Below are positions 52,901-64,000 of a stretch of 64,000 bases of DNA, piece after piece. Source of the DNA: Isurus oxyrinchus. Lineage: Eukaryota. Positions within the stretch are counted from its first letter, which is position 1, and every line of letters starts with the position of its first letter. A model generated the notes under the pieces. The model saw nothing but the letters and a program-made list of their open reading frames with translations. It was not told where the DNA came from and did no database searches. Location of the stretch: positions 3,844,001 through 3,908,000 of the forward strand of contig JANJGN010000036.1 in assembly GCA_026770705.1 (NCBI GenBank). Direction: 5' to 3'. A program made the translations under genes and the position numbers.

Positions 52901-54001
52901 TTTCTGCTGCCTGGTGGGTCTAGACATCGGCAGCATGCCGACAGCATAAGGAGCAAGCCATACAAAACTGTGATGAGGAGCAATTTCTTCAGTCAGACGG
53001 TGGTGATGTTTTGGAATTCTCTATCACAGAACGCTGTGAATGCTCAGTTCCTGAGCGTCATCAAGAAAGGTGTCAATAGATTTCTGGATGCTAATGACAT
53101 CAAGAGATATGGTGATAATGGGAAATTGGTGTCAGAAATCGTCTATCAACCATGATCTGTTCAAATGGAGCAGCAGGCTCGACGGGCCGAAAGGCCTGCT
53201 CACGCTCCTACTTCCCCTGCACCTACGCCCCTATACCTCCTCTTGTGCTGTGTCATTCTGCGATTCTATAATTCAGTTTTCAGATAGACATTGTTATGAT
53301 GTTTTCATACTGATATCACTGTAATTACAGCGCTGTCATTCCATTCATCTCAATGAGCGAACAGTGTGTCATTTATCCCATTCTGTGCGTCTACTTGTCG
53401 CTATCAGCGCCCCCTGGCTGTGTGTTTTTTGTTTTCACTTCATACCTGCATTTAATAATCCGGATTTTTCAATGGGCAAGCTTAACATGACAGAATTCCA
53501 GAAAATAATGATTCAGACGAGCATCAGTTTCTAAGCATTTTGTCTCTGCAGGATGGTGCGTCCCGACACTGAACTTTATCCGAATGGTGGCGGCGATCCT
53601 AGGGCTACTTTTGACCCTCATATTAATTTCCACGCAGATCAGGTGGGGGTTAACATTTGTCGAGGCGATTTTCAGGACTGTTTCCCAATTTGATTCCCTT
53701 CTCGTGGTTTGAAATCTCTAATTACAGTTTCTGATTACAGAAAAAAACAAGACAAGAGATCCCACAATGAAGAGTAAGTAACTGCAACATTTGCAAATTG
53801 TATCCCGAACACTCTGTTTAGCACTGGATAAAATCTAGTTCAACCCCATTACTCGCTCCAATGATATGTGCTGACATGTTTCAGAACCTGTCCTGCCTTT
53901 TAGCTATTTTCTGAATGACAACGTTCAATATATTTTCCAGTCTCAGAGTGGAAATGTCCACGCCTCCCTGGACTTGGCTGCTTTGGAAAAAGAGGTCATA
54001 A
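49897..54001 (+). CDS. Gene 2: non-rearranging V-C1-TM IgSF receptor with TM arginine and short tyrosine-free tail, 6 coding exons, 300 aa predicted
   Basis: Exons 49897-49951, 50221-50553, 50636-50965, 53552-53642, 53741-53773 and 53941-54001. GT-AG introns give one open frame of 903 nt. An N gap lies in the C1-TM intron. Confidence 0.82.
50221..50553 (+). CDS. Gene 2 V-set Ig domain exon
   Basis: ETVEITC, WYKQRVGEAPKLI, DSGSYYCA, KGPILLVG; 333 nt; followed directly by GTAAGT with no RSS. Confidence 0.95.
50636..50965 (+). CDS. Gene 2 C1-type Ig domain exon
   Basis: PLVCLVSG, AIFW, DGTYSIRSHVMVSRETWRSGSVFNCIVQ; 330 nt. Confidence 0.93.
51042..51173. other. Assembly gap
   Basis: N run. Confidence 1.
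52290..53215 (+). mobile_element. CR1-type LINE 3' fragment in the gene 2 C1-TM intron
   Basis: MEYNVNKCEVIHFG, RSNFFSQTVVMFWNSL. Confidence 0.85.
53552..53642 (+). CDS. Gene 2 stalk and TM exon (GWCVPTLNFIRMVAAILGLLLTLILISTQI) with intramembrane Arg
   Basis: TCTCTGCAG acceptor; CGA at 53581-53583; 11 nt shorter than the gene 1 exon; ends in phase 2. Confidence 0.85.
53741..53773 (+). CDS. Gene 2 cytoplasmic exon 1 (RKKQDKRSHNE)
   Basis: TTACAG acceptor, GTAAGT donor; homologous to gene 1 exon 29413-29443. Confidence 0.8.
53941..54001 (+). CDS. Gene 2 terminal exon (DLRVEMSTPPWTWLLWKKRS*), homolog of the gene 1 YASL exon read in a shifted frame
   Basis: TTTTCCAG acceptor; shares ACGCCTCCCTGGACTTGGCTGC with gene 1; entered in phase 2. 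Confidence 0.65.
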
Positions 54002-54323
54002 AAGAAGGTTGGTAGCAGATGGGAATCTGGGTGATTTCTCACTCATGGATTAAGAGGGAGACAGGATTTGCTGAATGAACCCACAGCCTGGTGGAAATGA
54101 ATATGGGACCAAGGACACTCCCATCAAACAACTAAACTATCCTTGTGCACTGCCCAGAGCTACAAAGACGGATTCCTTTTGTCAAATATAAAACAAGCTG
54201 TTTTGCCCACCGTTAAGGATAATCTTCTTTATTCATGTAATTCAAGCGTGAAGGAAATATTGAGCAAATACGAGAGAATTTCCTGGATTATATGAAACTT
54301 TTCTTTACAAATGTCACCATGCA

Positions 54324-54329
54324 AATAAA
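54324..54329 (+). promoter_or_regulatory. Probable polyadenylation signal of gene 2
   Basis: AATAAA at the position homologous to the gene 1 signal. Confidence 0.55.
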
Positions 54330-54959
54330 ACGTATTATTCTTCGATGATAATGACGTGTTTGTGTTGATCAATGCAACAAATTAAGTTCCCGATAAAATA
54401 TTTCAGGATCCAAACCCCCAGAAACTGCCAATATATCGCTTTGGGATTTATATGAACTCTTCATTGCATTGCACCGGTTACTGTGAATAAATATTGTGTT
54501 ATAGGTCTACATGAAGCGGATCAAAGTGCACCAAGACGATATTTGGGTAAAAGATTTCATCGGCAAACCTTCCAATCCTTCCAGTGTAGAAGGTTAAGGG
54601 CTGCTCAAATCGAGGTGTTTCAGTAATGTCGATTGAGTGAAGCTATTTCCTCTGTGTGGGGGGTATGGGAGGGCGGGGCGGGTGTGGGGTTGGGGGGAGT
54701 CCAGACCAAGGGGCAGAATATTAAAACTAGAGCCAGTTCGTTCAGGGGTGATGGGAAGAAACACTTCTTCACACAAAGGGGAGCGGAAATCTGCTATTGC
54801 CTCTCTGCAAAAAACAACTGAGGGTGTGGCTCAAAGTATTATTTTTATGGTAAGGCGCGAAAGAGATATGGAATGAAAGCAGATGGGTCAAGTTAAGAAA
54901 CTGAGCACGGAAGATCTAATTCAATGCTGGAGCAGTCTCGTGAGGCTTAATTGCCTCAT

Positions 54960-56790
54960 CAAAGAGTGGCCACACAGAGAGATTTCAGCATCAAGAACCG
55001 TTTTCTGTGTATAGAAAATTAGCATATGGTTCATGTGTATTGTTTAGGGGGGAGGTGGGAGGGGATGGGTGTGTAGTGGCTACGGCTGTGAGACTCTCTG
55101 AAATTATTTAAAAAACTGTCATTTTCCTAATGGTTGAGAAGGACAGACCCTTTGCAGATGGATGAAGTGTAGCAGGATGGCCTTTCCCAATTGTATCTTG
55201 TAACAAGCCTCCGTAAATTATTTTGATTGCACCTGTGGCGAATGTAACTCTTTAGTGTACAAACACGTTTCCATCTGTTCCTATTCAGATGAAGTTACAT
55301 TGTTTCATAGTTTTCCATTGTGAGATTTGAACTCTTGATCTTGGGGTTGCAAGCCCAGTACCATAACCACTTGGCTATTTAGGCCAAGCCCTGTGGCCAA
55401 TGTATTTTCACAGCAGAGAAGCTGATGTTAATTCGGTAATGTTTATATCCGTTAGGAACAGTAAAAACAAGGAATTCTCCATCAGATCAGTTTTCAATAA
55501 CCAACGCAACTCTCCAGCAATCATTACACCAAATGTTTCCAGTCCAGCTTCTTAATATTTCGGAAAGGAAAGGTTTCATGGAAGTATATCACATCATCTC
55601 AGAAAAATGTCATCTCAATATTACTCCCACAATTATCTGATATTCTAAAGTGGGGTGTGAGTTATTTGAACGTGTGTAAAATATTAATGCCGCCAACAAA
55701 TCACTCTCAGTCACAGCCAATGGGTTCTGCTATAATCAGTATAGATTCTAATGTTTATTTAGAGGTGTGCCACGAGATGTCTTTTTCAGAGTGTCACCGG
55801 AAGTTAGCTGGGCTGTGGGACTAAAATGCACATACAATGAGTCGGCACAGGCGTGAAGGACCGAATGGCCTCCGTCTGTGCTGAAAGTGGCTACAATCCT
55901 ATAATTTTAGTCAGCAAAATCCACTGAAATGTATTATCGTGAGGGGAGATGGATTGAAAAATAATCTTCTTTCAAGACCAAACGTAATATTATCCACTTC
56001 CAGGTCAGAAATAGTGAAGGCTCGGGACCCACGATCAGTGCAGCTTTCAAATTGATGCAGCAAACACACGCAGCCAGTGTCTAAACTGCCCTGTGAATGC
56101 TTGACTCCAGTTCTCACCCACACAGATTCGCTCTGTAAATGTTTTTGGAAATTAGTCTAAAAGACACCCTGAGAACAATTACCCTGAACCATCAAAAGGC
56201 TGTCATTATAAACCAATCATTGATTCTCAAATCTATTTTAGTATAATGGCAACTCAGTACCAGACGCATTGGAGATATTATTCGAACTATATCTTCCTGA
56301 TATACTGCATAAATGTGAAAAAATGCAGTAAAATTGCAAGGACGCCAAACGTGGAGAAAGAGAGAGAGTGGAATGAAATTGTCCCTCTTAGACTAGCAGT
56401 CGACCTGCTGTTTGAAAGAGCTATCCATTATTCCGCACTCCCCCTGCTATTTCCTTCATAACCTAGCATATTTTGCCCATTCAAATATTTATCCAATTTC
56501 CCTTTTGAAAGTACTTATTGAATCTGCTTCCATCGCCCTTTCAGGCAGCGCCTTCCAGATCACAACAACGCACTCTGTAAGAAATAATATCATGACCCCC
56601 CTCTGGCTCTTTTACCAATTAACTTTAATCTGCGCCCCCCCCCCCCCCCCCCCCCCAGCCATCGACCCTCTTGACAGTGGATAGTGTTTCTCCTCAATTA
56701 CTCTCTCCAAGACTATCTCCAATCTATCTGAAGATGTCAGGAAACCTCACCCTGCACAGAAACCGAAGAAGCTCAATGTACGTGACCCAG
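54960..56790 (-). pseudogene. Leader, V-J, C1 and TM relic (lineage Y, copy 3, best preserved)
   Basis: Leader-like ATG..GTGAGG near 56735-56780; VYQED..LVLSCHYTK..WF; AFTG..HYF*; NITFGLERRLFF; TM-like RFLMLKSLCVATL at 54962-55000. Confidence 0.55.
55247..55389 (-). mobile_element. Short tRNA-derived SINE with 15-bp target-site duplication
   Basis: A box TAGCCAAGTGG, B box AGTTCAAATC; flanks CCTGTGGCGAATGTA (55232-55246) and CCTGTGGCCAATGTA (55390-55404). Confidence 0.75.
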
Positions 56791-57769
56791 GACATGAGGC
56801 TTTGAGCCCCGAAACTCACAGGCCTCGCTCTCTTTCTCTTGCAGTGAAGGAGTTGTGAAATATGCAGACAGCAAGGCTATCTGTGTTCATTACTAGATAC
56901 ATGACTGGAGTTGTAAAACAGGGCCACGTTAAGCAGCTCTCTGTTGTTTTCCTATTTATTTCAGGTCTTAGTGTTGTCGAGCACAAATTAACTAAACAAA
57001 ATAAACCAGCTCTCTACTAAACTTAGTTAGACCACACTTGGAGTACAAAACACATTTCACCATATTCTATGCAGTACTACGAAGCCCTGGGAAAGGTGCA
57101 GTAAAGATTACACAAGAATGATATAAGAACTGAGCGGTTACAACTATCAGGAAAGATTGAACAAGCTGGAGCTTTTTTTTCACTAAAACAAGAGAAGATA
57201 GGGGAATGACCTGACAGATGTCTTAAAATTGTGAGATGGTTTTAATTAGACATGCGAGCGAGGATGGCTCAACGTATGCGGGATTTCAGAAAATATTGCT
57301 CACCAATGGAATATATTCACTAATCAATTCAATCGGGCAATCAAGGTCAACTTCTCCAGCCAGAGTGTATGTAGAATATGGAACTCGCTCCCATAGGGAC
57401 TGGTTGAGCTGAATAGCAGAGATGCACTTTGGGGGGAGGCATAGGGGGAGGGCGGCGTTGCGTGGGGTGGGGATGTGGTGCTGGATGAACATATAAGTGA
57501 GACAAGAATAGAATGAAATGTTGGTGAGGTTCCATGAAGAGGGAGTGGATGGAAAATAAAAGGCAGGTCATAGAGTGTCCAGGCTATAAAGGACTGAGAT
57601 GTAAGGTATTGCTGTTACTGCTGCCTCCTTGTTCTGCATAAAGAACATGATGCTCTTCTAAACGGCAGGTGGCAGTGCGGTGGTGTAGCGAGCGGGAGGG
57701 GGAGAACTGGGCATGACTTTTTTAATGATTAGCTAATAGGACATGTTCGCCTTGAATGATGACAGTCGC

Positions 57770-59280
57770 CCTGCTGCACAAACGAAAGTCTTGTACTTCT
57801 AGAACTCCCGTCCTGTCCCCAGAATGTTCCAGAGGTCACGTCAGCGTCACATATAGTTGAGAGGAACTAGACCTGTGCACACCAACTATGAGTCTGCACC
57901 CCATTAAGTGCCAACGTATCAGGTCAAACATGGGCAGGAAAGCTCCTACTGATTACCACCTGTCAATGCCCCTTGCTCCTCCATGTTGAACAGCACCTGG
58001 AGGAAGCTCTGGGAGTGACGTGGGCTCAAAATGTATTGTGAATAGCAGACTTAAATGGTCCTCACCAAGAGTGGCTCTAAAGAACTACGATTAACCTAGC
58101 CGACCTGAAGGACATAACGGCTAGCCTGGGCCCGGGACAGTTGGTGAGTGAACCAAAAGGTGGAAAAGACCTAGCAGACATGGTGCTCATCAGAATATAC
58201 ATCTCCCTGTGACAGTATAAGTAGGGGTTATCATCGCACAGTCCTCGAAGTCCCGTCTTCACACTACACACACTTACCACCATGTTGTTTTTCATTAATA
58301 CAGTGCTAAAATGGGTAGGCTTGGATTATATCTTGGTACCCATTTACAAGCACTTGCCATGATATAACATTCAAGGCTATGGGCCAAGTGTTGCAAAATG
58401 GGATTAGGTATGTAGGTCACGCTTCGGTGCAGACTCGATGGGCTGTAGGTCGTCTTCTGCACTGTGTGATTCTGTGTGATACTGTGTAACTCTAAACTAG
58501 GCACCAATGAGTCGCTGTGGACCACCAGTGTCAGCGGAATTGTATCCAATCACAATCTGTAAGCTCATGGCCCGGTATGTCCCCCATTCCTCCATTACCA
58601 TCAATTCAAGGAATCAACTCTGGTTCAATAGGGAGTGTGGAAGGGCATGACAGGAGCAGCAACAAGCCAACGTAACAATGTCGTACCAGAGTTGTGAAGT
58701 GACAACAGCGGCCTGCTTGGACGTCAAACGGCAGAAGCATCATGCAATAGATGATATCGCCCTGCAATCCTGCCCAAACTAGCCATGAATGGTGGTGAGC
58801 AATATAACAACTACTATTATGAGGAGGCTCCACCAATATCCCCATCCTCAGTGATGGGGAGCCCAGCACAGCGGTGCAAAATCAGGGTAAAAAACAAGGT
58901 TGAGAAAATTGCAAACATCTTCAGGCAGAAGTACCGAGAGGATGGTTCATCTCGGCCGCCTCCAAAGGTGCCCAGCATCGCAGATGCATATTCATAGCAA
59001 ATTTGATGCACTTGTCGGGAGATCATGAAAATGATGAATACAATGGATAATTCAAATTCTATCGGCCTTGGAATAATCCCAGCAATAATGCTGAACTCTC
59101 CAGAACGACACCGCCCCCAGCCACGTTGTTTGGGCACAGCTGTAACAAATGGCATCGGCCTCAATTTGGAAATGCCCAGGTATGCCTTCTCCACATAAAG
59201 CAGGATGAACCCAACCTAGCACATTTCAGCCTCCTAACCATCAACAAAGTGCTGGAAGCTGGCATCGACCGTGCTCTCAA
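57770..59280 (+). mobile_element. Decayed LINE ORF2 5' region (endonuclease and linker), same group as 42760-43575
   Basis: Degenerate endonuclease and pre-RT motifs with many stops. Confidence 0.55.
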
Positions 59281-59281
59281 T

Positions 59282-61525
59282 TGGTAGCGACCAGAACATG
59301 GTACAATTTCAGCTTGTTATGGACAAAGAAATAGGCAAGTTGAAAAATAATGTTTTGGATTGAGGGAGAGCGGATCTTAGTAAAATAAGGCAGGATCAGG
59401 CCAAGGTAGACTGGAAACAGCTACTTCTGGGGAAATCTACAGAAGAGCAGTAGGGGGCGTTCAAAAAGGAAATGGAGAGGGTACAGGCTCAATATGTTCC
59501 CTCTAGGGTGGTCGGCAGGAGTAATAAGCCCAGAGAACCATGGATGACCAGAGATGTTCAGGGTACGATAGAAAAGAAAAGACAGGCTTTCAGGTACAAG
59601 GGGAGCAAATCAGGGGAGGCATCACTGGAATACAGAAAGTGCAGGGTGGAGCTTAAGAAAGAAACTAGGAGAACAAAGAGGGGATATGAGAAAGCTCAGG
59701 CTGATAAAAGTAGTGAAAATCCTAAGATATTCTATAAGAATGTTAATGGGAAAAGGATAACCAGGAAAAGAGTAGGGGCCATTAAGGACCAAGGGGGAAC
59801 CTATGGGTGGAGTGAAAGGACACAGGTAGAGTGTTTAATGAATATTTCACATTCATCTTCACCCAGTAGAATCCGGATGAAAGTATTCAACTTGGGGAGA
59901 GAGACTGCGAGGTCATTCAACAAATTGATATAGGGAATGATAAGGTATTGGAGGTGTTGACAGGCTTGCAAATGGACAAACCTCCGTCTCCGGATGATTT
60001 GTGTCCCAGGCTGCTCAGGGAGGCAAGGGAGGAGATCGCTAGGACTTTCACCCAAATTTTTAATTACTTTCAGGCCATAGGGGAGGTGCCAGAGGACTGG
60101 AGAACAGTTAATGTAGTTCTGTTATTTTAGGAGGGTTGTAGAGATAAGCTGTTGAACTATTGACCAGTGCGTCTCACGTCAGTGGTAGGGAAACTATTAG
60201 AGAAAGTTCTGAAGGAGAGAATCCATCTCCACTTGGAGAGGCAAGGTTTGATCAGCGATTGCCAGCACTGCTTTGTCAGAGGGAGGTCATGCTGAATAAA
60301 TTTCATTGAATTTTTTGAGGACGTGACCAGATGTGTAGATGAGGGTCGTGCAGTTCATCTCGTTTACATGGATTTCAGCAAAGCCTTTGGCAAGATCCCA
60401 CATGGGAGACTTACAAAGGCGGCAAATGCACATAGCATATAGGGTGATTTTATAAGGTAGACGCAAATTGCCTTAGTTGGAGGAGGCAGAGCGTGATGTC
60501 AGAAGGATGCTTTAGTGACTGGAAACCAGTGTGCAGTGGAATACCACAGGGATCTGTGCTGTGTCCCCTATTATTAGTCATTTATATAAATGACATAGTT
60601 GACTGTGGCGGCTAGGATTAGTAAGTCTGTGGATGACACAAAAGATTGGCCGGTTTGTGAATAGTGAGGGCGAGTGTCTTGGGCAACAGTAAGCTGTAGA
60701 CGGGATGGCCAAATGGGCAGATAAGTGGCAGATGGGATATACCCCTGAAAAGTGTGAGGCGATGTGCGTTGGAAGGATTAATTTGGCGAGGAAGTATTCA
60801 ATGAATGCCATGACACTAGGAAGCTCTGAGGAACAATGGCACCTTCGGGTGTGTGTCCATAGACCTCTGAAGGTGGAGGAGCATGTTAATGGGGTGGTGA
60901 AAAAGGCACATGGGATAATTGTCTTTATCAAACGAGGCATTGATTACAAAAGTATTGAGGTCATGTTGGAGAACATTAGTGAGGCCATAGCTGGAGCATT
61001 GTGTGCAGTTCTGGTCGCTACATTATAGGAAGGATGTGATTGCAATGGAGTAGGTGCAGGGAAAATACACCAGGCTGTTGCCTGGGATGAAACAGTTAAG
61101 TTATGAAGAAAGGTTGGATAGACTTGGGTTGTTTTCGTTGGAGCAAAGAAGACTGAAGGGCAAACTCATCGAGGTGTATAACGTTATGAGGGGCGTGGAA
61201 AGGGTGCGGAAAGGGTGCAGCTGCTCCCCTGAGTTGAAGGGTCTGTCACAAGGAGACTCACGGTGAGGGGAAAGAGGTGTAGGGGGGATGTGAGGGAAAG
61301 TTATTTTACCCAGAGAGTGGTGACCGTCTGGAATGCGCTGCCTGGAGGGTGGAGGAGGCGGGTTGCCTCACATCCTTTGAAAAGTACCTGGATGAGCACT
61401 TGGCACGTCATAACATTCAAGGCTCTGGGTCAAGTGCCTGTAAATGGGATTAGGTAGGTAGGTCAGGTGTTTTTCATGTGTCGTGCAGACTCGATGGGCC
61501 GAACGGCCTCTTCTGCATTCTGTGA
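59282..61525 (+). mobile_element. CR1-type LINE, about 2.2 kb of ORF2 plus 3' UTR
   Basis: EPWMT, GEVPEDWRTVNV, YMDFSKAF, GIPQGSVL, SYEERLDRLGLFSLEQRRL. Confidence 0.93.
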
Positions 61526-61530
61526 CGTTG

Positions 61531-61777
61531 CTAACCCGAGTCATTCACACGGATTTCTCGAATTTCCATAATCAATTCATGTTTGCTGTTGCCTATTTGG
61601 AAAAATCCTACAATCGGCCCACTGACAGGGAGGAATATCAGTTAGTATCGGATCTTCACCCAAACGTTGTTCGAACCAGAAATGAGTAACGGCAGTGAGA
61701 GGGTAGTTCCACAGTACCTCCGACTTCGTCTGTCATTATGAAGGGGCTCTGAGACAGAGAGGGCTCGAATTCTACAA
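61531..61777 (-). pseudogene. Third paralog of genes 1/2: frameshifted V exon truncated after DSG
   Basis: SQSPFIMTDEVGGTVEL, FWFEQRLGEDPIL, PCQWADCR, KHELIMEIREIRVNDSG then stop; same CTCTCTAG acceptor; abuts the 3' end of a CR1 element. Confidence 0.88.
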
Positions 61778-62929
61778 CTAGAGAGATTATTGTTACATTA
61801 CCACTGACTGTTGAGAGTAAGTGCGTTTATAGCATTTCAATGCAAAATTCACAGCACAGTTATGATTTTGAAATAGCTGTTAAGCTTCTTTGAGGTGACA
61901 GTTCGCAATTATATAGAATTTACAGTCAAAAAACAGGCCATTCGACCCGAATGCTCGTACTTGTTTATGTTCTGCACGAGCCTCCTCCCACCCCCCTCTT
62001 CGTCTCAGCCCAACAGTATAGCCTTTCATTCCTTTCTCTCGCAAATGTTCATCCACCTTCCCACTTAAATGCATCTCTGCAATATCCTCATCCATACCCT
62101 GTGGGAGCGGGTTCCACACTCTCCCCGAAGCCTGGGTAAAGAAACTGCTCCTGAATCCCAGACTGGATTCATCCAATGTTAATGACCCCACGTCACGTCC
62201 CCTGTCACAGAGGATCATAGAAACACAGGGCTAGGCCATTTGGCCCTTCGAGCCTGCTCCACCATTCAATAAGATCGTGGTCGGTCTGGTTTGGTCTCAA
62301 CTTTACTTTCTTCTCTGCTACCCATAGGCCTTGGCTCCCTTGCCGAACAAACATCTGTCTAAAACGGCCTTGAATAAATTCAGAGACTCAGCAACCATTA
62401 CTTTCTGTGGAAGAGATTTCCACACACCAATGACCCTTTGGGTGAAAAAAAACTCTCCTCAACTCTGTCTTAAAACGGAGACCTCTATTTTTGACCCTTG
62501 CACCTAGTTTTGGACACACGAGGAATCATCCTCCGTGTATCCGCCCTATCAGGATCCCTCAGGAACTTATATGTTTAAAAAAGATCACCTCATTCCTCAG
62601 TGGGAATTACTGAATTCTCTGGGATTCCCGATTGGATTTATTGATGGCCAATATTGTTGAAATCCTGCCGAAGTAGAGTTACCTTCATTAAGTCTGCCGA
62701 ACTAAACCATTTTATAACTTTTAAGACCTCGATCCGGTCACCCCTCAATCTTCCCCTTTTCCAGAGCAAAGATCCCTAGCTCGTTCATTCTTTCTTGATA
62801 GCTAAAAGCTCTCAGTTCTGATATCATCCTTGTGAAATATTAACTGCACCATTTCCAGTATCTTTGCATCCTTTCTAGAAAATGAAGAACAGTATTCTGT
62901 ACTCGAACGTGGTCTAACTAATGTAAGTA

Positions 62930-64000
62930 CATACTTTGTATATTTTGCAAAACAGATGACGAGTACGTGACAGCATTTTGACCTGCAATAAACAGGAAAA
63001 CCGTAGAGAGCTGTCTACCGCGGCACCATTTTCCAACCCTGATCGTGTATCTATGAATGAACACAGAACGCCATTCAGTCTGTATATTTCACACTTCCTT
63101 CATACTGAGAGAACGAGAACGTGTTCTCAGTGAGATTAGGGTCGGAGGCTCAGACTCTGACAGTCTGAAGTCAGGGACAATGAGCTTCCTCTCTGTGTGT
63201 GCTTTGTCCCATCTTTTCCAGGGTAAGATATCTTTTCAGATAGAGTAGAGAAGGGTTGGGACAGAGTAAATAAGGAGAAACAGTTTCCACTGGCAGGAGG
63301 CCCGGCAATCAGAGTGGCACAGGTTGAAGACAATTGGCAAAAAAACAGAGGGGATGGGGGGCGGACAAGAAGCTTTTTCTTGATTAAGCGAGTTGTTGTG
63401 ACTTGGAAGGTTCTGCCTGAAAAGTCGGTAGAAGCAGATTCAAAAGGAACTTTCAAAATGGAAACTGAGTAACTACTTGAAAGGGAAACATTTGCAGGCA
63501 TATGCGGGAAGGAGCGGGGGACAGAATAGGGGGTAACTGAAAACACTTCTCAAAGAGTCAGCATTCTAAAGGGCCTAAAAGCCTCCGCCTGTGCTGCGCG
63601 GGTCGAAAAGATGCAATTCAGTTCTCAAGTTCGATATATAAATAGAGCGAATATAGTCAACAACGTGGAAACTGTGAATCCGTCGGGAACAATGATTGGA
63701 ATTAATCCGCAATGTAACCTCTCCATGGGATAAAAGATGTGAATTGGCTCCATCGACATTACTGGCGACTGAGAAGAGGGCAGAGTTTCAAGTGGATCAT
63801 AAGAGTGAGTTATAATCTCTGGAACAAAACAAAATACCCAAAGTGAGCGGAGAAGAACAGGAAACGAAGTGCGGACGGGAGAAAAAAATGTAACACTTCA
63901 AAAATGTAGATTTGAAGCAACACTTTTACGTTTTTAACAGCACACCGTTCCGATTTGTGTATCCGAGTGATTATCCCAGGTTTACTGCTGAATTGGCTCG
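62930..64000 (-). pseudogene. Possible C1 and TM relic split by a repeat, running off the window edge
   Basis: TTGTTCCAG acceptor near 63820, IFYPME/EVTL, GKDGT..SSLSL, hydrophobic remnant near 62940-63010. Confidence 0.3.

Noticed and set aside
55305-55389. Possible tRNA gene
   Set aside because: The acceptor stem does not pair and the element is flanked by a target-site duplication, so SINE is the better call

Overview
Vertebrate genomic DNA, most likely from a cartilaginous fish. That assignment is an inference from the repeat landscape of decayed CR1/L2-type LINEs, Penelope fragments and SINEs. There are three assembly gaps. The window is a dense cluster of non-rearranging, antigen-receptor-like immunoglobulin-superfamily genes. 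Two genes can be assembled by hand into open, phase-consistent models, each with leader, V exon (G strand included, no RSS), C1-type exon, TM and tail. They are divergent paralogs: gene 1 (minus, 27172-31753, 344 aa) and gene 2 (plus, 49897-54001, 300 aa). They have similar ectodomains (about 69% V and 81% C1 amino-acid identity by hand count) but opposite signalling signatures. Gene 1 has an uncharged TM and a long tail ending in LYASL (ITIM-like). Gene 2 has a TM arginine, lacks two tail exons, and carries TAC>CAC at the homologous tyrosine in an exon now read in another frame. This looks like an inhibitory/activating paired-receptor system built on a V-C1 scaffold. Around the pair lie about 15-18 decayed V(J), C1, leader and TM relics of several lineages. 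These include germline-joined FGxG types, NKp30-like types and possible TCR-like TM signatures, spread by segmental and tandem duplication and one inversion. Relic calls rest on manual translation across frameshifts and vary in confidence. No database search was run.
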